A stretch of 64,000 nt of DNA from Zootoca vivipara. Taxonomy: Eukaryota. The stretch is from the NCBI RefSeq assembly GCF_963506605.1, contig NC_083276.1, forward strand, positions 81,220,001 through 81,284,000, in the 5' to 3' direction. Below the pieces are notes generated by a model. The model did not search any database, had not been told where the DNA came from, and worked only from the letters and a program-made list of their open reading frames with translations. Positions 37,331 through 49,300 of the stretch are shown here, in pieces. Numbering within the stretch: the first letter of the stretch is position 1; each line of letters begins with the position of its first letter. The position numbers and the translations under genes were made by a program.

Positions 37331-40300
37331 GTGGAGGCTGGGTCTAGTCTGTGGGTGAGGGTGGTGGGGAGCAGCCCCTTCCCGTTCCCTCAGCTCAGGG
37401 GGGGGGTCTTCCAGTTGGGTGCCCTGTTAGGATGTGCAAAGGAGAGTGGCATCCTTTCCCCAACTCTGAAGCCTATGCCCTAAACAAGCGAATAACTAGC
37501 TGCTTTCATGTGGGATGGCCTTTGGGGAAGAGTCTACTCTGAGGTGCTCATTTGTGTTTTTGGTTCCTGAGGGTCCTTTCCATGCCAGAGACATGGGAGG
37601 GGGTCAGTCATCTGCAACATAGATGGAGTTTGTGTATGGAGCACCCACAAATCAATTGCTATTCTGGGAATCCCTTAGGAAAGTCATGTGGGAGGAATCT
37701 TAGAATCATAGAGTTGGAAGAGACCACAAGGGCCATCCAGCCCAACCCCCTGCCAAGCAGGAAACACCATGTACCAGGTGATGTACCAGGAATGTACCAG
37801 GTGAATGTAGAATGACTTGCCACAGTGAGACATTGGGGTTTGAACAATAGAAGGAAATACGGGTTGAAGGATGACATTTGCAACGGAGGTTCATATCTCT
37901 GCATGCAAAACTATAGTATTGTATTAAGGAATAATACATGTAACTGATTGGCTTTTGGACATGTGCTTTGGGGGATTTAACTAATCGGGCTTGGACATAT
38001 CTATTCAGTAAGATATTATTGCAAAGTTACAGGAGTTCTCCTTTGTGTTCAAAAAGTGACAGAAGAGACTAAAACAGCAGAAACTGAGAATTCTTGCATA
38101 TTTTCTGTGCAGTGTTTACATTTGGATGCTGCTCACAGAACGTGTGATAGAGCTGTTGATAGGAACTGAAGGATACTGTGTTCTGAGAAACAGATCATGG
38201 TGAGACTTTTAGGATAGAGAAGTGTGAAAAATGTCATGTACCAGGTAATTTAGTGTACAGGCATACTGGATTGCATTGAGGTAGTAGCCTGCAGCATTCA
38301 TTTAGAGGACTGTGTCCTGTGATTCAGGCATGTCTGTTCCACATCCTTTTTTTTAAGTATGCTAGGGTTTTTTTAATGGGGAACATAATGGGCTGGAGCT
38401 CCTTCTCCATCTTTCCTCCAGTGTAACTCCTCCCATGACAATATCTGAAGTAGTTAAGCTAGGATTGAGGAACCTTTTTCAGCCTGAGGTCCTCATTCTC
38501 TCATGACAAACCTTTTGAGGGCTGCATGCTAGTGATGGAGAGGGCAAGAATTGAAAGCAGACAGGGCAACAGATGTGATTCTTTATCCTTTGTACAGTGG
38601 GACAGGAGGGGAGAGTGCCCTTGTGCCTGAATTCTGCTTGCTGGTTTCCCACAGGCATCTGGTTAGAAACTGTGAGAACAGGTTGCTGGACTAGATGAGC
38701 CATTGGCCTGATCCAACTGGCTGCTCTTGTGTTACATTTAAGTGGCTTAAGCAGCCGTTTAACACCCCTGGGATAGTCATTTAAGAGTGCAGAGTCAATA
38801 TACCTAACCCGTGATAGTTACCCCCTTAATTTTTTAGTACTTTGTCCTGCAGCAAAGATGGTAAAAGCACCTTTCTTTTCAGGGTTGTTCTGAACTGCAA
38901 GCCCAAAGGAGGACTAAAAAATGCTTGAGTGATCAGTTCTATTGCTTTATTAAAGAAAGGTGTAGACTTGGAGCAAATCAGCCTGCCAGGTCTTCCAGCC
39001 TTTACAGACACGGGACAGACACTGCAGCAAAGAGATGGCTTGTCCACACCCAAGCAAACATTCATATGTTCTTTATACACAAAGCAGCATACATCACTCT
39101 GGCCAGGACTCCCCATCATTCCACCTGGCTAGATGATGGCATAGGTGGCAAATACCCAAATCTTACAGATAGTTCTCCTTTCTGGGCTCAGAGCCCAGCC
39201 CTCCAAGCCTCCCCAGATAAGGATAACAAAAGTAAGCCAATTAGCCTAAATCAAAGCAAGTGAATATAAACACACGAGCTAATCGCTAAAACAACTACCA
39301 ATTAATTTTGGGGTTATCTTGACTACCAAGATGGTGTTTGCAGAGCTTCTGGAATAGTTCACTTTTGTTTTGTTTTTTTGTTTTTTTATAATAATTTTTA
39401 TTAATTTTTGCATATTGTTGTTGTTTAGTCGTTTAGTCGTGTCCGACTCTTCGTGACCCCATGGACCATAGCACGCCATGGACCATATTTTGCATATTAA
39501 CAAAACAAAAACACATACACAATTAAGTACATAATTTCCATCTTCTTCTAACCCACCCTCCACGAGATCCCTCCTGCCACAAGGTATTCCCATGAACAGT
39601 GCGTAGTCGAAGATGGTGCATTTTATAATTGGGCTTATCTCCACCCCTCCCTCCTTACCCTGGGAACCCCCCCCCTGCCACCGAGGGGTCCTAGGGTAGT
39701 GAGAAGAGAGTAGGTGAGTGTCCACCCAACTGTTTAAACTTTACCAAAAATCATCAAAAAGAAAAAAAAAGAAAAACACAAGAAAAAGAAAGAGACAAAA
39801 AAATAAAAAATAGAATAAATCTTTTTTCCAAAACATTGTATTATGGGCTTCCCCTACCTCCCCCTTTTCTGATTTTCATTTTCAACACCATTTGAGCAGT
39901 TTTCTTGTCATATTCCCCACTCTATTTTCAAAATTCTCCAATCTTATATCCATAACATCCTTATTTTCTATTAAATTTTCTTCTAACATCATTTCTCATT
40001 CTCTCCCCCCCACCCACCCCCAGCACTTCCCCTGCCACAGAGAATTTCTAGGGGAAAGAAGGGGAGAGACAATGGTTCTTTTTCCAATTGAGTCTTCCCT
40101 CCCTCCCTGCCCTCCCCGCCCCAGGAGCCCCCCCTGCCACCAAGAGCTCCCTGCGCGCAGAGGGCCGACAAGAGGAATGGAACCCTGGAATAGTTCACTT
40201 TTGATTCAAAACAAGGGTCTAGCCATTCCAATTTACACAAGTGGTTGAAAGCTTGAAATTAGGTGGCTGAGTTTAATTCTTTTAAGTTTGTCAACATGAA

Positions 40301-43300
40301 ATGCAAGAGTATCATCTTGTGTATGGTACAAGAAAGGGACTAGAAAGAAAATGTAAAGAAACTCCTAGCTTGCATGGACACTGGGATCATTGGATAGGCA
40401 TTCTTACTTGTTCACATTCTGAACACCATGCAGGAATCAAGGGAACTGTTCTTGTCCTATTACTATGCGGAAAAGGCCTTTTCCATGCTCTTGTGTGTAG
40501 AAGAACTGCTTAGTTGTTACTCATTTGCATAAATCCACATTTGAGGTTTCACTACTGTTTGAAAGATGTCTCATTTTTAAATCGGACTATGGGGAAAATT
40601 AGATTTCTTCCATATTCTCTTAAGTTATCACCACTAAATGGACACACCACTACTGTCCACCCTCCTCTGCTATGCTGTGCGTTTTCATGTGATTTAATGG
40701 CTGTTGGCTACACAAGGTGTAACAGTCAAAATGCTCTCCAGACTTCTCCTAGAGACTTAAGCTAGAATCCCCGGGAAGCAAGCTGCAAACATTTTTTTAA
40801 AAAATGAACCATACTTTCGTTTCTCTGTCTCTTTTGATGATGCAAGTGAAACTGATACTTTCTTTTTGGCCAGAAAAAGTAAATTGCACTTCATATATTG
40901 CTGTTTTCCCTCACCTCCAAGCAGGCTCTACTGTTTTGGCAACAGACCATTGCTCTTCCAACCCAGTAACTTTTGGAGACAGGATATAAACTGGTATAGA
41001 GCAACTAGGGCTTGAATAAGGCTGATAGAATTGTAGTTACTGTGCACTAAGCCCAAATGTATTGGTATGCTCTGGTACAGTAGGTAATGGGTTGCCATGC
41101 AAATCCATTGACCAGTCAAATATTAGTCCCTTTGGTGAAGTTATTTAAAGCCAGGAATGCTGCTGTCTGGGTCGCATCTTACCTTCGCTTTCTGTTTTAA
41201 CTTCATTCTTGCAAGATCATTTTTGAAAAACAAAAACAAAAAACTGCTGGTTTCAAAGTTCTGGATAAAAGAGAAGATCTAATATTGGGCATATTTTAAA
41301 TATTCCTGATATTGTATAATCATCTATGTTACAAACCTCTTTAATGTATTTCATATGTTTGAGGTTTTACGTGTACAGTTGTTGGCTTTATTTTGTTCAG
41401 GTGTCTGACTGCATATAAAGAATCTGTATCTGATATGTGAATATTAACATTTATACAAACTTGTTTAATGTTGTTAAAATAGGGAGGTGGTGGTTTTTTA
41501 AAAAAAGCTATTTCATCCTTTCACCATGGCTCTGTTTGCACATAACATTAAGTCATAGATAAAAGCAAAGCAAATAGTTCACCACGAATGAACAGTGTGC
41601 TGCTGCATGCTGCTCAATTTTGCTCTGCCCTGCTTGGAGCTGAGAAACTGGTCAGGGAGGGGATGGCTTTGTGCTGCATGCAAGTCAGCAGCTATGGTTT
41701 GTTCTTCCCAACAAACTATGAGCAGTAAGCCAAAAACAAAACTTGGCTTCGTCTCATGGATTGTTTGAAAAGAAACAAATCGTGAGCCCTGCTTTGCACC
41801 TACTGCTAAGTCAGTTGTTCCGTGTTTTTGTCTCTGGCTGCAGAACAAAGTAGGCATAACTGAACAGCATCCACTAGCACACTTGCCCATTTGCATGGTT
41901 ACAGGTAGGTAGCCGTGTTGGTCTGGGTCGAAGTAAAATAAAAAATTTCCTTCAGATACCATCTGAAGAAGTGTGCATGCACACGAAAGCTCATACCAAA
42001 ATAAAAACTTAGTTGGTCTTTAAGGTGCTACTGAAGGAATTTTTTTATTTTGCCCATTTGCAGTAAGCTGAGTTGAGTGTTTCAGACTATGTATGGCTTG
42101 CTGTGATGTGTGAACCAGGTCATAAACCTTGTTCTTGTAATTAAGTATCAAATCTGTTTAAAGTGTTCCATTTCCTTTTCTAATAAATTTAGTACTGTAC
42201 TCTTAAAATATTTGACCATTACTTGACAATATTTAAATGAGTATTTGACTGGTCAGTTGACCAAATATGTTTTGTCTCATTCAAATGCCCGATCCTAGAG
42301 TAATGCTTATTTGGATAGACATTTTCCTTTCTTATCCTGGATTTTCATACACATTGGCTTATTTGCCAGAGCATCTGTCTGTAAAAAGTAAACCATGTGA
42401 ACTGATGCTTCATTCAGTAAAAATGCTTGGCTGGTTTCTGTTCCTCTTCCTATTACTCTTGGGTTTTTTTGCTCAGTGCAGATACTTTGTTTAGTTTCTT
42501 TCTCTATCCGACACAATTCAGGTTGTATTGTTTTACTTAACTAGAGAACAAAGTCTGGTTTGTGCTTTGAAAGGTGTTCCGGTCCAACTTTAGCTTGAAC
42601 TGACTCATGAGTAAACCACTCCCTGCATGAAATTCTTTCTGGCATGCCAGAAAGGAAGTGAGAGCATGAGAATACAAAACTATGCCAGGGGGGGCTCTGG
42701 AGGTGGGGAGAAACTCAACTATGTAATGGACTACTTTCGACTGTTCTCTGTACAGTAATACCTTGGGTTACGAACACGATCCGTTCTGGGTCGCAGTTCA
42801 TAACCCGAAATGTTCGTAACCCGAACGCGACCCGAACCGCCATTTTGTGCATGCGCAAAGCGTGCGCACCGCTTCTGCGCATGCGCGAGGCGTGCGTGCG
42901 GTAAAAAATACTTCCGGGTTTACGGAGTTCGTAACCTGAATTGTTCACAACCCAAGGTGGTCGTAACCCGAGGTACGACTGTACACAAGACTCTCTTGTG
43001 GCAGAAGGGGGCTCGTGGAGGGTGGGGAGAAGAAGGCAGGATATGTTTTGTATGTCTTTATTGTGTAAAATCAATAAAAATTATTTTTTTAAAAAAGAAT
43101 ACAAAGCTATGCAATCGTTTGCACAAGGTGTGATACCCTTATTGTTACAGGGAAGAGCAATGTAGAAAGCATGGTATAGTCAGTCTTCAGTCTGAGCCAC
43201 TTACCGGTAACTCTGCAGTTTTAAAGCTCGCAAAGCTGCTGCAGAGTAAATGATTGTGGGTGCATCCTCTTGTAGGATAGCACAATGGCTTCTCACATTC

Positions 43301-46300
43301 ACATAGTTCTCTGAAAATATAGGTAGTGAACTATGAGTGTGCTGCAGCCTACACTACTTATCTGCTTGTTCCAAACAGGAATAGAAAGACGCTTGAGTTT
43401 TGCACACCGCTCAAGACCAGGTATCCCCCGCATGTCAACAGCCCCCTTTGCCTTTTTGAATCTCATGACACCTACTTTATATTCATAATAAGGACTTGAT
43501 GTAGCAATATTACAACACGGGAAGGAGTGGGAGGAAATCACGATGGAAGAGTTAAGTTGCTGTGGGTGTAGCAAAATTAAAAGTGGTGAGTTTGGGTATG
43601 ATTTGGCACAAGTTGATCTTTTTGAGAGGCTTTTTGCCATAACAGTGCTGCACTGTAGCATTTGAAGCTGCAAATGGAACTATGTGGATGAGTACTTAAT
43701 TTTGCTTCATAACATAGGAAGTGGCTTTCAGAAAGTTGCGGGCTGTGATGTTTTGTGTGGGGGGGGGTGTTGTCTTCTCTCAAGGGGATTTTGTGCATAG
43801 TTAATTCAGAATTGGTGCATTGGTGGTGGGTGGAAGGGATATTGGTTGCATATGTCTTGGAAGGATGAAGGAAGAACTTGTTGGAAGGATGAAGATGGGG
43901 ACCCATCTACTAAAATTGTGACTTCTGCCTAGGGAGGAAGGGAAAGAGTTTGTGGGAAAAATGCTTTGGAATACTACAAGAGGATGTTGAGGTGTCTTTC
44001 TGGTTCCTGAAATCAATGCTGTGGGTTTCTTTTCTGTTAAGTCACTCGAGGACTGCCCTCTGGATGAGGATGAAGAAGGCTTTCATAACTTGACTGAGGA
44101 AGATGAAGATATCGACCAGTTTAATGATGACACATTTGGAGCTGGTGCAATTGGTGAGTTTGTCTAACAAGTGTGCCCTGCCATTTCATTCATATGCCAG
44201 AGGCTATTTTATAAATACTTCTTTTAATATAATATCCTAACTGTGCTGAAACATCCTTATTTCTTCCAAAGTTGCACTGCTGATATTTGGGCTGCTTGTT
44301 AAATCCCTTTGATGTTCCAATCTTTTGCCCCAGGAGTTGTAGGCAGATCCTGCTGCAGCTGTAGAACAAGGAGGGAGTGATAGGGCAAGAAGGGCAGGAT
44401 CTTAAAGAAATATATCCCGTGAACCACCCTGAGACCTGCAGGTGTAGGGTGGTGTACAAATTTTAGTATAAAAATATAACAACAGCAGTAATAATAATAA
44501 TAAATATCCTTCTTGTCATTCCTTTGCAGATGATGACTGGCAAGAAGCTCATGAAAGGTTGGCAGAGCTGGAAGAGAAGCCTGCACCAGGAGGAGATCAA
44601 GTGGATTCGGGAGTTGCCGATGAGATGGACCTGCTGGGGGACCACGAAGAGAACCTAGCAGAGAGGCTCAGCAAGATGGTGATTGATAATGAGTTGGAAG
44701 ATCCAGCCATCATGCAGGCTGTGCAAACTCGGCCTCCTGTCCAGGTGTGCAGCAAGTGATAGTGGGGTTACATATTGGTGGGGAAAGAGCAATCTCATTT
44801 CTTTGGTAGGTTGCATAGGTTGGAGGGACCTCCATGTGACTTTTAATCCCTGTGTTCCCTTCTTTCCAGCAACAAGGTGGGCTCAATTCGAGCATCTGGG
44901 ATGGGCCTTCAGTTCTCAGGCGCATTAGAGGACCACTTCTTAATCAGGTGCAGTGCTTTGTTTGTTTGTTCCATCTAAAGGGAATCTTGGTTTTTCCATA
45001 AAGGTGACTGTCTCCTCCTGCCTCTCCCTGCACCCCCCGGCTTCCATTATTTAATGTTTTCTCTAGTGCACTGTACAGAAGATAGTGGCACTGTCTTTGC
45101 ATGGGAGACTTACAGACTTAAGTTCAGTAGCCTACGTTCTGCCTGTGTCTCTTCCCAAATGTATAAATATTTAAAGTAAGTTGCTGGTGTGTGTTCTCCT
45201 CTTCTGCGCAGGAGGTCCCCTCTGTGTCAGTGCTGGAATATGCCCTACCTCAAAGACCTCCACAGGCCCGAGAAGAGGAGCAGGACCTTTCGGAGCGGGC
45301 GCTGCCCAGGCGGTCATCCTCACCAGTTATTGGCAGCCCTCCTGTTCGTGCTGTTCCTATTGGGACGCCACCAAAGCAGCCCATCATGCCCAACTTTAAC
45401 CAGCAGGTATTGTTTCTTCCTTCTGGAATTGAGGGTGGGTGGATCTGGGCTGGGGGCTTCAGAGAAGAACAGAATGAAAACAAAAGGCTCTGTGCTGTGT
45501 TGTGTAGCACAGAGGTTGCCACAGAGGTCTCAGTTTAGCATCTGCAAAGGCTAATGCTATTTTCCACTTGCGCCCTTGTCCCCTTGGAATCCTCGCCTTA
45601 CTTGCCCTTTTGCTGCTCTAGATGTCAAACTCTCCCATGATAGAAGCTTGTCTTCCATCTGTCTGTCTCTGACAAAATGGGAAAACAGCATTAATTATCT
45701 GAAACTTTTCATAAAAATGTAACATAGATGCCCATTCAAGGATGTGACTTTCTCTCCAGTGGCGTTTTTAGTGTTCAGTGAAATGTGAGTCCAAACTGCT
45801 ATTGAAAGAAGTGCTCTTGTTTGTTTTTGTCGTTTCTCTTTCAAATGCAATGAAGGTGATGACTAGAAGCATGATATCTTAATGGTTTGGATGCAGTCTG
45901 GTACCTAGAGTTGAAGGAAGCATTTGGTGGTGAGGTTTAATCTCAACTCTACTGATTTGCTTATTTTTCTTCTGTTTCAATAGATCCTGTGTCCAAAGCC
46001 TGTTCACATTAGAGTCCCCATTCAGCAGCATTACCCAAGCCCCTTCAGTGAGAGAATGTCTCCAAACCAGCTCTGCAATATGACGGTAGTTCTGACTGAG
46101 CAAATGTCTGTGTTGGCTTGTGGTCTAACATCTGTTCTTGCCCTTAACCCTGCCCCAACATTCCTTGCTATTTAAAATGTTCTTGAAGGCCTTTACTCAT
46201 CAATGTAACCTTCAGTCTCCCTTCTGTATTGCTTTGTTCTGAAATAAACCTCCTTCTGGCCTTGAACACAGAGCCTGTCAACTACAGGAGATTCCCAGTG

Positions 46301-49300
46301 CACTTTTGTGTGTTTCTAAGGTTTACTTGACTTTCAGTTTGGCTTTTGGTATAATTGCTCATTGTTAGACAAGAAAGCCTAAAACAAAAAAGCCTAAAAG
46401 GAAAAAGCTCAAATCTCCTGTCTTCTGTTTAATTTTCATGACACCCATTTTCATGTATCAAGATTCTCGGGTTTTGCCCTTGAAAGGAGCTCCAGTGCAA
46501 GGACAGCACATACAACAGTTGAAATTTAGTGCTCCTGCTCCTTAGTGGTCGTGTGTACCCTTTTAATCATAAAGCAATTTAGCAGTATTGCAGCTTGTAA
46601 TATACTTCCAAAGAGATCCTCAGTACTGCTCTCCAGTGTTGAGATGTGATGATGATACTGTTTGCCCAATGTTAGAATGAATTATTTTGTCTTGTCCTGT
46701 ATGATAGGAATGACCAGTTGTTCGAATGCCTCTCTTGTCTTGCTTGTTTTAGACACTTCTAGCTTCTGCATTGCTCCTGCCTTCTATTTTCTGTCATCTC
46801 AGTAATATCCAGAAGGGGGAACATAGAAATGTTCTTGTTGTGTCAGACTGTTTCTACAGTCGGTGTGTTCTATTTTCCTTTTTCCAGAACTCCTCCCTCT
46901 TGGGCCACCCATTCCCTCCCAATGTTACTCCTGTTCTCACCCACCTTCAAAGAGCGCAGCTGCTAGGAGGAGCGCAGGTAAACATCTGGCTACTGCCTTG
47001 CTCTCCTTTGCATTTTTGTGGTTGCATCCTCTACAGCAGGGGTGGGGGACCTGTGGCTCTCCAGGTGTTGTTGGACTCAAACTCCCAACGGCCCTAGCCA
47101 GCATGACCAGTGCTCAGGGATGGTGGGGGTTGAGTTCAGCAACATCTGGAGGGCCACAGGCTCCTAACTCCTGGTCTATGGGCTCTTTTGCTCTACTATG
47201 CAAGTTCTTCCTCCGTATACCTGCTTCTTGTGTTTGCTTCATTTGCCAGATCATATATTCAGGGAACAGAGGAGCCATGAGCAACACATGCTTGGTATGC
47301 TTCTCTGTCTTGCATACCCTAGCGGATAAAGTTCCTGCAGTGGTGATGCTGTTTTCTCCTTTTTCCTACAGGCAGGGAGGCTGTCTCCCAGCCAGTTTGC
47401 ACGTGTCTCTGGACTTGTCAGCAACCCCCTTGCTTCCATGAACCCCAAACTACTTCAGGGCCGAGTTGGGCAGATGATGCCTCCAGCTAGCGGCTTTCGT
47501 GCCTACTTTGGGGCGCCGTCTGCCCCTTCTTCGCAACACCACTCCCCATGTCCTGGAGCCCACCTGCAGAATTTAAGGTATCCCATTTGCTCCACCTTTA
47601 TTCCAGTAAGACGGCTAAGCTGAACTGTGTGTGGGTTCTCCATTGCTCTTTCCTGAGAGAACTTTATTCCCTAGGCCTCAACCGCAGATGTTCCGGCCGG
47701 ATACGACCCACCTTCACCCACAGCACCGACGACTCTTGCACCAGAGGCAGCAGCAGAACAGGAAGTGAGTGTTGGGTGCATCTGTGTACTTCTGCTGATG
47801 GAGGGAGGGAGGGAAAGCTTAAGTATCTTCCCAGCACAAGAAGCAAAGTTCTGCCAAGGTTGTGTATACTTGGTGTCAAGGAGAAGCTATTTGTGTCTGA
47901 TGTAACCTGTATATACCGTAAATATACATCAAGTGCCTCTGCAGTATGTCTGCCCCAAAAGATCTACATAAAATCAGATTTTTTTTTGGAAGAATAATTT
48001 GGTGGGCACCCAACTCATTCCTCATTTTGGAGCCCTCATTTTTTCCACTGATTCTACAGAAGTGGATTTCCTGCACCAACAGAATGTTGGGCTTGATGGC
48101 ATTCTGACACACCTTCCACTTTATGAGTCTGTGAAGGACTTGGAGATTATCCTGGACTTCCAAACGGAGCTGGAGTGGCAAAAAGAAGTAGGAACAGGAA
48201 AAGGAATGATTAATTCAGGCAGTTCATAATCTTAACAAAATTGCCTCAGGTGGAAGATGGCTGCTAGTTTAGATGGAAGGGGATTTAGACAGTTCATGGG
48301 TCTGTATTGATAGTGATTAGCTAAAATAGCTGGAAATTGAATCTCCATATGTTGGGGGCAGTGCATCTCCAGTGAGGAGGTGCAGAGATCAATTGCCACT
48401 AAGCTCTTTTGGAACATCTGGTTAGCCACTGGAGGCAAACTCAACAGATGTTTTGCTTTGCAAGACAATTCTTAGGATGATAGGCCTCAGGGAGTTAGAT
48501 GCATAGGATACTATCTATTGCTTTTCTATTTTTTAAGCCTTCAATATCTGCTTGCGTGTATTGGCTTTCTCTCTGTAACCAGGATGAGAATTTTGTTTTT
48601 TAAAGAGAGCTATTGCCAGTTTTTCTGATGCGGTCTTTGCCACAGTGATCATACCCCTGGAATACCCATACTCCTGAGTACCGTGCCTCTATGTGGAGGT
48701 ATTTCTCAACATCCTGTGGTTATTCTGGTCACCCTTTCAATGAATATCCTGAAAGTAACTTCATGGCATGTCACAACAGAGCAAACTGGTGACAGGGTGA
48801 AATTCGCTTATTCAGAAGAAACTTAGCCTCTCTTTTACCTGCTCTTAAGTTGCGAAGCTCAGCACCATGAACTTGCATGCTGGATTGACCCCGGGTTGTT
48901 TCTTGGGACATGTAAAAATACAGCTAAAGGAATTTGCTGGAGTGCATCTGTTCTTCTCAGAATTGTCTTGTGCCAAGAGACTTTACATAAATCCCAGGCC
49001 GCTGTCCTGGAGCACTTGCATGCTGTGTCCTACTGTGTACAGTGGTACCTTGGTTCTCGAACTTAATCCATTCTGGGAGTCTGTTTGACTCCCAAAACTG
49101 TTTGAAAACCAAGGTGTGGCTTCTGATTGGCAGCAGGAGCTTCTTGCACTCAAGCAGAAGCCGCGCTGGACATTCGGCTTCCAAAAAACGTTTGCAAACC
49201 GGAACACGTACTTCCGGATTTGCGGCATTTGGGAGCCGATTTGTTCAGCAACTGAGCCATTCGGGAACCAAGGTTCCACTGTAATTGGTCTGTACTTTTC

